DNA of 64,000 nucleotides from Amoebidium appalachense (GCA_963693365.1 CAVNZM010000003.1:1700768-1764767); one strand, 5' to 3'. Positions 48,188-63,956 are shown, numbered from the stretch's first letter. Notes: a model not told the origin generated them from the letters alone. Numbers and translations are program-made.

Positions 48188-48440
48188 CAGGGCTGATTAG
48201 CTTTGACAACGCCCCATATTATGTTCAAAATCTTACTACATCTGCTTTGTTCAAACTCTTACTACATGTGTATGACCTGCACAGCTATGATAACGTACCA
48301 TATTTTGTTTAGAGTCTCATTATTACATGTGCATTGTTCAAATTCCGACTACGTGTACATGTATGACCTGCATCCATGGTGGGTTCAGGGCTAATTAGCT
48401 TTGACAACGCATCACATTTTGTGCAAAATCTTACCACAAA
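48188..48440 (+). repeat. Degenerate tandem duplication
   Basis: CAGGGCT.ATTAGCTTTGACAACGC...CAAAATCTTAC.ACA at 48188 and 48387; TGTTCAAA..ACATGT.TATGACCTGCA occurs twice in between. Confidence 0.6.
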
Positions 48441-50205
48441 TGCATCAGACCCAACAGCATAAAAATTGTCCAAACATCCGATCTGCGAAAAACGAAAAAT
48501 AAGATCTTACAATAAGCGTACTCTGGGGTCGCTTTTGCCGCGGCCTCGGCAGACCCGGCAGGTTTCACACAGGAGCATGTTGTTCTCGTTTGATAATCAA
48601 TGCCGCCATCAGCACCTTCTATATTTGGAAATGCGGGTGTTCCATAACGACATCTCAGTGATAATGATTGGTGCAGATCTTCGAAAGTTTGTACACAGCA
48701 AGCTTTCTTTAACTTGATCCAAACAAGGCTCGGACAGTGGCGTGCCACAACGCATGCCCGGACGGTGTCAACGTGACGGTGATCACCCTTGCTTTGACAC
48801 ACACATTACCCAAACAAGTTTTTGGAACGTTAAACATGCTAAAGCTGCTGTGCAACCTATATTGAATTCATTAATTACCCAAACACGTTTCTGGAACGTA
48901 AAACATGCGAGAGCTGTTGTGCAACCTACAGTAATTTTGGTGCTTGCTGAACAAATACCTAGCAGTGGACGAGCCTGGTGTGTTCAGGAACATGGTTTTT
49001 AATTCTCAAGACAAGCTTCAAATCTAACGCTTCATGCTAGCGTGTAGGTTCTGGGATCCCAACAATGTGGGGGAAATAGAGTGAACGAAACAGGCCATCA
49101 GCTAGATGTACCACCCCACCCGATGTCAAGCTTGAGCGCTTCAAACAAGCACTTAGTTAAAGATCTCTATTCAAAGCAGCAAGTTTGGTCACAGGACAGA
49201 ATGAGTATACCCCGGTATAATTAAAGCGGCTGGATAAATGGGCGCCGTGGCCCCTCTCTAAGGTAATTTACCCAACTCATGTAGCCACGTAGATCTTACA
49301 CTTGGATAGAGGTAGACGGGAAGAATGCGCTGGAGAGAGAAAAACGAAAAGGTGTGTGTGTTGTGTGTGTATGTGTGTTTTAGGGGAGAGTTGGAGGGTG
49401 GGAGGGAGGGAGAGGGAGGGGGGAGAGAGATAGAGAGAGGGAGAGGGAAGGGTTGGGGGGAGGGGGGGCGGAGGGAGTGGGGCGCGGAGGCGGCAGGGGG
49501 CTGGAGGACGGGAGGGAGGCGGCACGGATGGGGAAGGGGTGATGGCCAGCAACGAAGGATGTTGCACGGACGGACGGACGGACGGGATTGTTTCATTTGT
49601 CGATGGAGTCAAACACTCTTTGGATCTGGTGCCGCCCACACACGTATCTTCCCCAATGTGTTGCAAGGGCATGCTGCACACTCTGTATGGTCTGTTTGAG
49701 CCTTTCCCTCTATGTTCGGCATCATATTACTCGAACTCGATGTGCACATTTGCACCACATCCAATCTCCGTTTTCCCACTCCTCTTGCAGGATTTTTCAG
49801 CGTTTCTTGGTGGGTTCTAATCTTCCAGTCTGACAACAGCAGCCCTGGCCTACTCTCTGATCTTGTTCTTTAAGTTTTTTTTGCCTTCGCCTACTAGCAC
49901 AGAATGCATGCACTTGCGTGCACATACGCATCAAAAGATACAAAATGGTCATTGCCTATACATTGAGCACACACACACACACACACACACGTAAAGGTAA
50001 ACGTGCACGAAGGTATTATATGCACAAGCATACACCCAGGGGCACGTGTTTACAATGCCACCCACACACCCACGAACAGGCAGTGCGCAGCACGAACACC
50101 CCCCCCCCCCCCCCCCCCCCCCCAAAGCCTCTCCCACACGGTTTGCACGTAAAAACCGCGAGGTCATTGCGTATCACAAACACCACACGAGGGGTTCCTT
50201 ACCCC

Positions 50206-50237
<32 letters not shown>

Positions 50238-50330
50238 TTCAAAAAAAAAAAAAAAAAAAAAAACGAGAGAAAAAAAACAAAACAGATCTTTTCCTTCCTC
50301 ACCCCTCATATTTCCCCTTACAGAGTCACC

Positions 50331-50570
50331 ATGGCCGGATTTCAGCAAGAAGGGGTGCGGGGGTACGAATACCAAAATACGGTAAGGCACACACACGTGT
50401 ATAAGCGAATTTGCACATACACAGGCACGAACACACACATGCAAGCAAACACACACATCTACTTGCACGTAGATGCTTGTAGGGAAGTATATACGTGCAC
50501 AGGCGTGAAGGCACAAGTGTGAGCCTCTGTGCACGTGTACAGGCATGAACACACATGTGTATATGCCCCC

Positions 50571-50601
<31 letters not shown>

Positions 50602-52336
50602 AAAAAAAAGCAACAAACAAAAACAGAAAAAAAAACAAAAAAAAACCCATCGGTTATTGTTTCTTCTCGTGATGCCTGTCTTCGTCGTTTCCCCCGCACC
50701 ACCCTGGTATTCACCTGCTTCCTTTCTTCTTCTCCTCGCCGTAACCTTTTTATTATGTAGATCTCCCCCTCCCCCCCCCCCCTCCCCCCCCCTTCCCCCC
50801 CCCCCCCTTGGCTCCTGACCTTTCTTCGTTCCTGGATTTTTCTATTGGTATACTTCCGCTTAACCTTTCCATATCCCCCCCCCCCCCCCCCTCCCCCTGC
50901 GGAACCTAGCATCTCTCCAACCCTGATCTGCTCTTATCCTACACTCCTGCCCACAAACCCCTTCAAGTCTAACGCCCCCCCCCCCCCCCCCCCCCCTTCA
51001 CACACACACACACCGCCCCCCTGCGTCACCCCCCCCCCCCCCCCCCCCCACCTTCCCCCACTAGTTTCCTGTGACACTTAACCTTTTTTGTTCTTTTCCT
51101 TTTCCTTTTCCTTTTTTTTTTTTTTTCCCTTTCAGATTTTTGGTAGCTACCTGCAGCAACATCGCACCGTCAGCAGCCCAGCCGTGGTCGATCTAGACGA
51201 GCACAATCGCCTACGTCAGGTGCGCATTTGTAATTTTCAGTAAATTTATAATTCAAATATTTTAACGAAAATTCTAGGGATGTGCAATATTACACGAGAT
51301 GTCCAAAGAGGGAATAGGGGAAGGGGGGAGGGGCGGGTGTAAGGGGGGGTTGAAAGTGAGAGAGTGTGTGTTTTCTGTGTGAGAGAGAGAGAGATGGGGT
51401 GGGAGGGAGGGAGGGATGAAGGGAGGAGGCAGAGAGGGATGGGTTGGGGAAGGTAGAAGGGAGAGGGAGCTGGAGAAAGAGGGAGAGATAGAGAGAAAAC
51501 TGGAACGAAGCGATGCATTTTGTTGTTGAGATGTTTTTCATCTCTGTTTCATAGAGTACTATATAGTGCCTTTCGAAACTGTGTGTCTGCTTGGTGCTAG
51601 ATGAAATATTTTAGGCACACTTTGTGCCATTGAGATTCGTTAGATCAAATAAATACATGTACATGTATGGTCAGGGGACTTGAATTGGAGGAGTGATATT
51701 TATTGGCAGAAATCAATGTATTGTTTGCACGCAGTGAGTCTTCATGATTTACGCTGCAGCAATCAAAGTACCAATATCCTTCAGGACTGAACACATGCTG
51801 GTGTACTTGGTGTTTTCTCGCCCACTTATGACCGGACATATGTTTTTCGGCGTCATAGGAATGCAAATGTGGGAGGGTGTGGCCGTTTTCGTTTCTTTTT
51901 TTTTTCTTTTTTCTTTCTTTTTTTTTTTTTGGTTTGTTTGTTTGTTTTTGGTTTTCCTAACTCCCTCTCAACACACCTATTTCAGGCCGACAGGCACCGT
52001 CTATCCGTGGTTCAAGAGTCACCACCCCAAGCTAGGGTCAGTACGTCTCTATATACCCTTTGCACATCCAAAAATTCTGTATGCTATGTCTTTACAATAT
52101 CCAGGTGTCACACTTGGATATTGTAAAGCATGGCATGCATCTCAGCAATAATTATTTAGAATCACAGATATTATATATCTGCTTATGCTCGCACTCAGTC
52201 ACATCCACACAAGTAGGCACTAACATGTATGCGTCCGCGTACCCACACACGAACACATGCATGCACACACAGGAGCACGGATATGCCAACACGCACAGGC
52301 ACGGTCACGTGCATGTGTGCATGCACACACACACAG

Positions 52337-52429
<93 letters not shown>

Positions 52430-52943
52430 AACCCACACACACACAACACACACACGCACCTGCATGTGGAAGACCTTCCAAACTCACACACACACACGCA
52501 TAAATGTGGTTGTGCAGCCATACATGAATAAGAAGAGGCTAAAAAAAGAGGAATACTGCATGCACTTTTTCTTTTGTGCGTTGGGTGTGTTTTAGTAAGT
52601 GTGTGCGAGTGTTCATGTGTGCCTGCATTTGTGCATGTGTGTGTGCTTGTGTGGGCGTGTTTGCGCGCTTGTGAGCGTGTGCACGTGTGAGTGTCCATGC
52701 CTGTGTGTTGGTGTTTCTGTGTGTCTGTTTCCGAACAGTGATTTTCCTCTGACCCCCTGTATGACCAAAACAGAAACATGGACGCAACCAACTGCACACC
52801 GTGGCAGGCAGTCCCTATATGGACCACCACCACACAGATGTACTTGCCCCCCCCCCCCCCCCCCCCCCCCCCCTCCTCCTTCCCCCCTCCCCCCCTTCCC
52901 CCACCTTCTTCACTTTCTGAATTCCAGTATTACAGGGTTTCTA

Positions 52944-52993
<50 letters not shown>

Positions 52994-54298
52994 TTCCCCC
53001 CTCTCTATGATGGGTTTGTGTGGTCTTTCTCATCGGTCTCATCGCAATCGCATTAATAAGATGAAGGTCAGAAAAAACGCTAAGTTGTTTGTGGGTGTGT
53101 GTGTGCGTGGGAAGGTGTGTATGTGTGTGTGTTTTGAGGGGAAGAGGGGGTGGGGGGGGGGGGGGGGAGGGGTGGGGATGGAGGAGGTTATGGAGCACAT
53201 ACTGGCGGAGAAGGGTTAAGAATGGGGCAGATCGGGGGGGGGGGGGGGGGGGGGTCTGGTTTCTCTGTTACAAAGGGGCCAGGGTTCTTACCTTTGTTCA
53301 CCAACCACAGTACGGGGATGCATATAGGGAAACCCTGCAGTCTGAACTTAACCAGGCATCCGAATTAAGGTGTGTTATATGCTCATAACCTCCTCCCAAT
53401 ACCTACTCCCCCCCCCCCCCCTTTTTTTGGTGTCTACTCCATATCTCCAGCCCTCTAATGCAAACATTACTCCTACTCCACCATTGTTGCCACCTATCCC
53501 TCCAATCCCCCCTCCCTCCGTGGGCCCGTTCTCTCTCTTCCCCCTTTCCACCCCTACCCATCAATCCGTCCGATCCCTCCCTTCCTCCATTGCTCTCTTC
53601 CCCCCCCCCCCCCCCCTCCCCCCCCCCCTCCCTCCCCCCCCCCCCTCCCCCACACACACACACAGCCCCCCCCCCCTCCCCCTCCCCCCTGCCCATCTAA
53701 TCCCTCCAATCCCTTTCTCCTTCCGTTACTCCTTTTCCTCTTCCCACTTTGCCTTGTGTTGTGTGTTATGAGTGTGTACTTAGCACTCTTAACACATCCC
53801 CCCCCCCCCCCCCCCCCTCTCCCCAACACACACACACACTCCCCCTCCCACCCCAACCCCCCAACTCTGTTTCTTTCTGCTTCCCCTGTAAATCTCTACA
53901 TACCATTTTCTAACACCACCCATTGTGTGTAGGGGCCAGCAATATAGCCTAACGTGGAAACACGAGCAAGAGAGATCATACGGGGACCAAGATACGGTCT
54001 ACCGTGGGAGATTACTCCCGAGGATTCGCTATCACGAACTGAAAAGAGTTGGTCCCCCCCCCCCCCCCCCCCCCCCATACAAACAAACAAAAAAATTAAA
54101 TAAAAAAGAAAAAAAACGAAAATAGTAAAAATAAAATGAAGTAAACCCCCCCATCCCCCCCCCCCCCCCCCCCCCCTGGGGTGCTGCTATTGAGACCTCT
54201 TTTCTTTGTACAGTTATGGCAAACCCCTACTGATCATGAGGCTTTCAAGTGGCTCTTCAAATGCACGTGTGATCGATTAGTTTCTCATCTCCCTCATC

Positions 54299-54337
<39 letters not shown>

Positions 54338-54423
54338 TTCCCTCCCTCCCTCCCCACTCGTTTCGGTTTTGGTTTACGTTTTCGTGTTGGCATTTAAACC
54401 TCTGTGCACCTCGGTGTTCCTTG

Positions 54424-54458
<35 letters not shown>

Positions 54459-54973
54459 TGTGTGTGAGCGCTTTACACTGTATACTACGCTCCAACCCCC
54501 CCCCCCCCCCCCACCCCCGGCGCCCCCCCCCCCAAACCACCATCATGTCGCCCCTTTACCCCGTCCCCCGCTTTCCCTCCCCTTCCCTGACAACTGTGTT
54601 GTGCTGTCCATACTCCGTTTATTTTGCTCCACACAATTCCATTGCTGTTTTCCACCTGTGTGCATGGCTAACGGTTACTTGGCCCTTCCAGCATCATTTG
54701 ACCACGGAACATTCAAGAACGCTTCCTCCGAAGAAAAAAGGGATAGCAAAAGTGTGGGAGGTGGTGAAAACAGGGTATTCCATCCTCCCCCCCCCCCCCC
54801 CCCCCTCTCCCCCCCTTCCCCCCTTCCCCCACCCCCTCGCTGCTTCCTTTTTTTTCCCTCATACAGAGCATGTCCCCCTTTCTCTCAGCGCTACCCACTT
54901 GGTCAGTAGCTTGTGCACACAGACACACACGTACAGGCACACATACAAAGCACATGCAGGCGCACAGGTACAG

Positions 54974-55008
<35 letters not shown>

Positions 55009-55052
55009 GGCACAAGCACGCACACACACATGCACACACCTACACACAAGTA

Positions 55053-55130
<78 letters not shown>

Positions 55131-56982
55131 CATGGGCACAAACCAAACACTCACCCCCCCCCCCCCCACACACACACACATAACACACAGAAGCACTCAT
55201 TTACGCACTTGCACACCCACACACTCACCCCTTCATTCCCCATCTGACTGGATAACTCTCACATACAAACACCGCCCCATGTGCATTAGCACATGTCGAA
55301 TCTTGTCTATGGATAATGGCAAACACACCAGCACACATTATCCCCCCCCCCCCCCCCCCGTGGGGAAGTCCGTGATGATTTCCTCTGCTGAAGAGTCGAA
55401 TACTTTTACAATGGTTATGTACTTTGTGTAACAGTTTTGGTTTTTATGGGGGGGGGGAGGGGGGTTGGTGTCTTTGTCTTCATGTTTCTCACCCTCTGTG
55501 GCACCCCCACCCTTCTTCCTCCTCCTCCAACACCCCCCCCCTCCCCTTCCCAAAGACTCTTCTGCCTGCACGTTTTTTTGATGTTCTGTTTTATGGTTCG
55601 AATTCGGGTTCTTTTTGTTTTTGTGACGTTTGTATTCTGTCCTTTGGCGTCCCCTCCATATTTTCAACCCTCAATGCATACCCCCCCCCCCCCCCCCCCC
55701 CCCCCCGCCCCTCTCCTCCATGTTCTCCCTCCCCCACTCCTCTCCTGCAAAAAAAAAAACTGACCCCCCCCCCCCCCCCCCCCTCTCCCCTCCCCTCCCT
55801 TCTCCCACTCTCCCCTTCTACCATCACAGGGTATCATGGCTGGGTAGTATTCAGATCGGCACCTACGGATTTCTAATCATGCTCGGTGCAGTGGCAACTG
55901 GCCTTAATTTACTACAAGTATGCAAATAACCCCCCCCCTCCCCCCCCCCCCCCCCCCCCCCCCCCCCAGCCTGCGCTCCTCCCACTCAACCCATCCGTCC
56001 TTCCCTCCCTCCTGCTTCCCCCCCCCCCCCCCCCCCATCCCCCCCGTCGATCCCACTCTCCCCCTTCCCCCCTCCCAACCCCTCCATCTCTCACTCCCTC
56101 CCTCCCCTCCCTTGCTTCCTAGCTGCCCCGACCTTTCACCCTGTGTTTTCCTGTAGGACCTGTGTGTGTTCGGTAACGGTAATGACATAACCCCCCTCCC
56201 TTCTCCCCCCCCCCCCCCTCCCCCCCCGCACTCTCTTATCTGGTGAACGATGAAGGGAGGTGGGGAGGGCGACGTGAGATGCGGGACGGAGTAAGAGAAA
56301 GTGGGAGGGGATGCGGGCGGGAGGAGAGGGGGTGATGGAGAGGGAGGGATTGAGGGAGGAAGTGAGGGAGCAAAGAGAGGAGGAAGGGATAAACGAAGGG
56401 GAAAGGAGGGTGAGAGAGAGATACAGGAAGAAGTAAAGAGAAGGAGAGAAGATGAGAGGCGGGTGATAACAGGAGTCGGGAGAGAGAATGGAAAGCGGTT
56501 AGAGAGAGGGGACAGGGGGGGAGGGGGGGGAGAGGGGGAGGGCAAGCGAGAGAGAGAGGGAGAGAGAGAGAGGAAGGGAGAGAGAGAGAGATTATGTGTG
56601 CGACGAGAGAGAGGGGTTAGGGTGCAGGGGGAAAGGGGTGGGTGGGTGGGTGGGTGGGGGGAAGGGGGGGGGGGGGGGGGGGAGGGGGAGGGGTGTAAAG
56701 GAAGATGTGTTGTGCACGCGCGCGTGCATGCACACACGCACACACGCACACACGCTTGCATGAACGCACACACGCTTACACGCACGCACACACATACATC
56801 TCATGTCGAGTCCCCTTCTAGGATCAACTGATCATCCATCTGTACAAAGCGCGAATCACGACGACCAGGCAAGCATCAGTAAACCTAGGTACCCCCCCCC
56901 CCCCCCCCCCCCCCCCCCTCTACGCACACACCTAAGCACGCGCACGCTCGCGCGTACACACACACACACGCACGCACGCGCG

Positions 56983-57019
<37 letters not shown>

Positions 57020-58052
57020 ACACAATCACACCCACACACACAGACAGACGTACCGATGTGCACACATACACATTCACGTACATGAAGACAAGCCCATTAC
57101 TTGTTTGCGGTTTTTGGACGTTTTCCCCATTATCATGCAATTAGATATCCGGTCGATAGTGTCTCCCATGAGCAAACACCCGATTGACCATTGTTCTAGA
57201 GGATCCCCCAACACTCCCCTAGTGTGGGGCGGGACGTATGTGTGCAACCAACTCCCGGGGATTTGAGACCCCACTTCCATAGGTGTGTAACTAATAACCA
57301 TGGAAAATGGAGTTTCGCTACACTAGAATCACCCCTAAAGTGTCGATTTATCGTTTTTTACTAAATGTAAGACAACGTGCAGTCCGATGTCTGTAGCGGA
57401 TTTTTACGTGGCCTGAATCCCGACAACTGAAAGAGTATTCCTCTGTTTGACACATACCACTCCTGCCTCATGTATGAGTTTAGGGGATCCTCTTGGACTA
57501 TCCAAATGCTTCCCCTTCATGCTGCATGGCGCCCCATTGTCTTGCAGCCACCGATATCCACAAACACCAGCTGCCCATAATTGAGTGATTACAATATATA
57601 ATGTCCGCTATAAAAATGCAGATTATCCCATTAATCGTTTTCCTATGCAGGGGTTGAATTTGCGGTGTGGATGGCGTGGGGCCTGGGCCTGGTTCTGGCC
57701 GCAGTTGCCATCACCCAATGGCTGAGCCCTATGGCTGCGGGGTCTGGAATTCCGGTATGTCTCCTGGCGTGAGATATACTGCTTGAATTGCACTTTTGTG
57801 TCAGATTTTTGCAGGGCCGTCATTACGGGGCACTCTTTGAAATGGAAAAATGAAAATGAAAAAGCGGTTGTTTGGTGACACCCCCCCCCCCCCCCCCCCC
57901 CCCCCCTCCCCCGGGCTGATAATTCTACGACACGTCAGTGTTAATGAGGGGGATGTTGCCTTCCCGTACGTATGTTGCATCCTTTGTGGATCTGTCCTTT
58001 TCCAGTGTGCATGTGCACTTTATAATGTGTGTCACACCTATGTGCATGTGTT

Positions 58053-58085
<33 letters not shown>

Positions 58086-58172
58086 CGCCCTTCCCCTGCT
58101 CCCTTCCCGCTGTCTGTATCCAACTCCCCCCCCCCTCCCCCCCCTCCACCCCCTTGCCCAATCACACGCACC

Positions 58173-58223
<51 letters not shown>

Positions 58224-58307
58224 TCTGAACCTCTGCTGTACTATGTGCAGGAAATGAAAGCCATAATTGCCGGAACCGATCTGGAGGGATACCTCAGCTT
58301 CAGGTAG

Positions 58308-58338
<31 letters not shown>

Positions 58339-58914
58339 ATCCCCCTCCTCCCTCGAAATCCACCTTAAACCAAAACCACCCTAAACACAAACCTCCTCTC
58401 AACCCGCCTATGCACCCGCTTGCCTATTTGCCCACGCACAGGCACCCGGGAACGGGGGGGGTTTGTTTATCGTTGATTGATGATTGTTGATTTATTGTTT
58501 ACTTCTTCATTTTTTGATTAGCTATTTATATATGTATTTGCGGGGGAAAGGGGGGGGGGGGGGGGGGGGGAGATTGTCAAGATGGGCTGGTTGGTCAGAT
58601 GAGGACATTAGGTCATGGTACTGTGTTACTTTCGAATGACATTTAAATGGACTTCTGTAGTCATGGGATCTCTGTTCAGTAATGGTAAGGTTTTTGATTT
58701 TAATGATAAATGTTGATTCTGTTAGGACGCTGGTTGCCAAGGCCCTGGCTCTTGTTCTTGTGCTGACCGGTGGCCTATCGGCTGGAAAGGTACGTTCCAT
58801 TTTCTTGCTCGTTTTTTCTTTTGTCCCCCCCTCCCCGCTCCCCCCCTCCCCCCATCTTCCCGTCGCCGCCGTCTCCCCCCGTTTTTCGGGATTTGGGCCC
58901 TTTTCCCCAGCTGT

Positions 58915-58961
<47 letters not shown>

Positions 58962-60131
58962 ACCTCTTCAACCTCACACACCCACACGCACACACCCACC
59001 CCACCACTTGCTGTGTCTCTATGGTAGTGTCCAGCACCTACTCTCCGTTGTGCACTGTCGAACTCTTGTGACCATGTACTTTCTAAGAAGAAACACACTT
59101 TGTTAAAGAAGCGGTCTATCTCATGGTTAGCATCGAATGTAGGCTTAAGGTTCAGGCTTGAGACCATTTGGTGGGTGCGTGTGGGTGTGCGTGTGGGTGT
59201 GTGTGTGGGTGTGCGTGTGGGTGTGCGTGTGTGTGTGTGTGTGCGTGTGCGTGTGCGTGTGCGTGTGCGTGTGCGTGTGCGTGTGCGTGTGCGTGTGCGT
59301 GTGCGTGTGCGTGTGCGTGTGCGTGTGCGTGTGCGTGTGTGTAGATCCACCCATGGACATACCATGCACACAGGAACACACAGGAACACACAGGAACACA
59401 ATGCACTCACAGGCACACACACCCACACATACAAGCAAATTAACCCACATAGTTCCCAGTGTCTTCTTTCCAACCCTGATGAAGACAGATCCATACAAGA
59501 ATATCCATAGAAGAGTATCCATACAAGATATATCCATACCAGCCTTGTGTTTTACAAGGTATATTAACACAAGACATCCATACAAGACATATCCATACAA
59601 GACTTATCCAAACAAGACATATCTCATCCGGAATATATCCCACCACTCATGGGGGGTCTATAGGAAGGTGCATTTGTGCACACAGCCTCTGTGGTGTCAT
59701 GGCAGATGCTCCGATTGCCAAATTTCAGCAACTGGTCGTACAAGAAATACCTCAGGTATGGAAGATGGGGTTGTTGGGAGAGGGGGACGGGGGGGGGGAT
59801 GGGAGGTTGCTCTTTAGGGGTTTTTCGTGGGAGGGGAGAGCAGAAGGGGGGGAGGGGATGGGCTTTTTTTTGGGGGGGGGGATTGGGTTTCTGGTGTGTA
59901 CTTGTAGATGGTATTAGGGGTTGGTTGGGTTTTTGTGGGTGTGTAGGTATGTGGGTGTGGCTGTGCATGCGTGGGTGTATGGGCGTATCGGTGTATGGTG
60001 GAGATATGTGTGGAGTTACGAAGTGCAAATTTTTTTTTGTTTTGATTGACACTGTCTGCTGTGTGTTAACAAGCAAGCATTAAATTCCTTCTCTCATTCA
60101 CATTCTCCAAATGCAACCCCTCCTTGGGGCA

Positions 60132-60168
<37 letters not shown>

Positions 60169-61033
60169 CCCCTCCTCCCCTCTTAACTATACCCCCGATT
60201 TCAATCCCCCGTTAGGTTGCAAGGTTCCTCACAACCTGCCCAAATTTCCCACGTTATCTAGTTTTCATTAAATTTGGTTTATGCAGGGAACAAATGCTAG
60301 CTGCCGGTGTAGCTGTTGGAGTAGCTTCGACCTTTGGGACCCCTATAGGGGGGGTCCTATTCAGCATCGAAGTTACGGCCATTTACTATATGCTGTCTAC
60401 CTACGTCAAGTGCTGCGTGTGCGCAATTTCGGGTGGGTGCATGAACGAGTTTCGATGGATAAGTTTGGATTGAATATATCTTGCGAGTGGATGTGTGTGT
60501 GTGTTTGTGTGTGCATGTGCGAGTGTGTGCGTGCCTGCCTGCCTGCATGCCTGCCTGCCTGCGGGCGTGGGTGCGAGCGTACGTGCGTGCTACTCTGCAC
60601 GATTTATTATTCTAAGTGCATGCTGTCCACCTGCCATTATTGTGGTTCCCTGTATCTGGTGTTCTTACCTGCCGGATCCTTGTTAAGAGAAATATTATGG
60701 TTGTGTGTGTGTTCGTGCGCGTCCGCACATGCATGTGTTTGTGCGCATGCATGTGCGCGTGTATGCCTGCGTGCCTGCTTGTGTGTGCGCGGGCATGCAT
60801 GTGTGTGCGTACGCTCGCACGTGCATATGGCCTTGCGGTGGGAAGTTCAGATAGCTACCCTAACTGACCGTGCATTATTATTTTTCATAGGTGCGTTTGT
60901 ACGACATCTTACGGATGAAAAATCTCTTCTCTACACCGTCATTCTGGGCACACCGTTCATGGCAAGCCCATACCCCTCCCCCCTCCCCCCCCCCCCCCCC
61001 CCCCCGGCCCGCCCACCATCACCACCAACACAC

Positions 61034-61083
<50 letters not shown>

Positions 61084-61123
61084 ACACCCACACCCACACA
61101 CACGCACGCACGCACGCACGCAC

Positions 61124-61185
<62 letters not shown>

Positions 61186-61483
61186 AAACAGAGAAGAACA
61201 TACACGTGCACCAAAAGCACATACGCTTACACACACAAAGATATGTGCTATGATGTACCCTCGCACGGATTTTCACATGCACACACACTTTCATGTACAT
61301 GCATTGAACAGACACGTGCACCAAGACATGCATACAGAGACAAAACCTCCATCCACATTTACACACTTACACTCATATGAGTCAAGCACACTCACTCACT
61401 CAACCCACCCACTCACTGACTCGTCCACACACACACACACACTCACGGAAGCACGTACGCACACATGCACGCGCGCACACGCT

Positions 61484-61531
<48 letters not shown>

Positions 61532-61646
61532 AAAAAATTCAACTAACACCCAGTTATCCCACCCACAGAAATTGGAGTATTTTGCATTCATCGCCCTGGG
61601 TTTTCTCTGCGGAGTTTTCGTAAGTATATTCGAATACTACGTGTCA

Positions 61647-61678
<32 letters not shown>

Positions 61679-61797
61679 CCCGCCCGCCCGCCCTGCCTGC
61701 ACGCTTAAGTTGTTTGCTTTTGGGTTCCCACTTTTGTGAGGCTTTGTTGTTGCTCTTTGTTGTCTCCTCCATATCTCCAACCCTCTGACGCATACAT

Positions 61798-61836
<39 letters not shown>

Positions 61837-62118
61837 AAAAAGTTCATGATTTTTTCCTCTTTGCGCTCTGCAACCCATCACCCAGCTCATTTCTCACTTG
61901 TTATCCCCCCCCCCACCAACACCATCCCCGGGCTGGATGTTTGGAACTCACCGGATGATTTGCTCCGTATATGTATCTCATGCCTGCAAATTTGTTTGAT
62001 TCCCTTTTTCTTTTGGTTTCTGTTTTGATCGTCTTATATGTATTTCCGGTTGGCTGCATCACAACACTAATGCATGCATTCTTCCTTCTGAGGCATCCAC
62101 AGTCAACCGTCTTTTGGG

Positions 62119-62149
<31 letters not shown>

Positions 62150-62212
62150 GCACGCGCGCAAGCACGCCCGCACACACGCACACACACACACACATCTACT
62201 TCCCCATCTACA

Positions 62213-62290
<78 letters not shown>

Positions 62291-62393
62291 CCCCCCTCTC
62301 CATCCCCCCCCCCCCCCCCCCCCCCCTCAACACACACACACACACACACACGCACACAAACACACACACGCATACACACACACACACACAGAC

Positions 62394-62476
<83 letters not shown>

Positions 62477-62509
62477 GCACGCACGCACGCACGCATGCAC
62501 TCACATGCA

Positions 62510-62591
<82 letters not shown>

Positions 62592-63328
62592 GCACACACA
62601 CGTGCCGCGCACACACACACAACCCCCCCCTCCCCCCCCCTTCCCCCCCAAACACACACACACACAGGCCGCCCTGTTCTGTGTCTTCCTTCGCAAATGG
62701 ATCAGGTTCATTCGCCAACACCAACGTGTAGTAATCTTCCAGTGGCCTCCCAGATATTTCTGCAAAGGGAAGAAACCAGTGTACCAGCTGATGATGGGAA
62801 ATCCATTTCTCTATGGTGTAAGTGCTCCTTTATGTGTTCTGTTTATCCAATTTTTTTTATTGTTTGTGGTGGTTCACCCCCCTGTGTGGCATTCCCGTAC
62901 ACACACGCACACATACCTGTATGTCGGAGTCACATACTCACACGGAGAGAAATTCATGGATACTCGTATATCCAGATGCTCACACAGATATGCCTACACG
63001 AGTGCGCCACAGGCACACACACTCGCATGCACACACACACTTGCACATGTTTGCCTACATGCCACACCCCACAGGCACGTGCAAACACACACGCGCACAC
63101 AAACACACATCCTGGCACTGAGAGAGAAGAAAGGGGAAGGGAGAGAGGGAGGGAGAGGAGGGAGAGAGAATGAGAGGAAGACGGAGAGAGGGAGACACCC
63201 ACAAGTCCACGTCGTTCTTTCGTGAATGTGAGTTGCCATGCATACATGTTGTTTATGTCACTGATTGCAATAAAAGCCATTACTTTCCTTGCCATTTTCA
63301 TTTGTTGTTAGGTTGTTGTTCCTTGCCC

Positions 63329-63381
<53 letters not shown>

Positions 63382-63550
63382 CAAAACCCCAACCATCCCA
63401 ACCCCCAACCACCCCTATCCCCCCCCTGATTTTAATTTTTGTGATCTTTCTGCAGGCGTTTGTATCCATTGTCACCAGTGTGGCTTTCTTCTTCCCTGGC
63501 CACTATACCCAACTAAACCTTCTAAACCAAGTGGCAGACTTGTTTTACCC
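50331..63550 (+). CDS. CLC chloride channel, ClC-1/ClC-2-like; continues beyond the window
   Basis: Exons 50331-50381, 51136-51219, 51986-52036, ~53933-54047, 54692-54774, 55830-55917, 56822-56888, 57651-57754, 58251-58303, 58726-58789, 59664-59755, 60287-60432, 60891-60961, 61569-61619, 62668-62817 and 63456-63550. Signatures: AAGSGIP|EMKAII, TLVAK, GK|[34 protein letters not shown]. The N-terminal exons between 52 and 54 kb are uncertain. Confidence 0.92.
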
Positions 63551-63856
63551 GTATGTATCCCCCCCCCCCCCCCCCCTTCCTCTCCCCACCTTCCCCCCGG
63601 GTTATATTCACACACGCGCACACACACATGCACACGTGCATACACATGCACACGTGCATGCACACAGATGTATAGCAGGGATTTGCACAAGCATGTCGTG
63701 TGAGCGGACACAAAAACAAACACACACACACACGCTTAGACACGCAAATATACAAGCACACAAATACACACAAACACACGCACGCACGCACGCAAGCAAG
63801 CACGCACACACACACGCACACGCACACGCACACACACACCCACGCACACGCATGCA

Positions 63857-63956
<100 letters not shown>

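Noticed and set aside
48515-48780. YSGVAFA resembling the Hsp70/HSPA12 phosphate-1 region
   Set aside because: The preceding DFGTT is missing and the frame contains several stops.
56157-56172. Candidate micro-exon (DLCVF) in the CLC gene
   Set aside because: The flanking exons join in phase without it, and including it would shift the frame.
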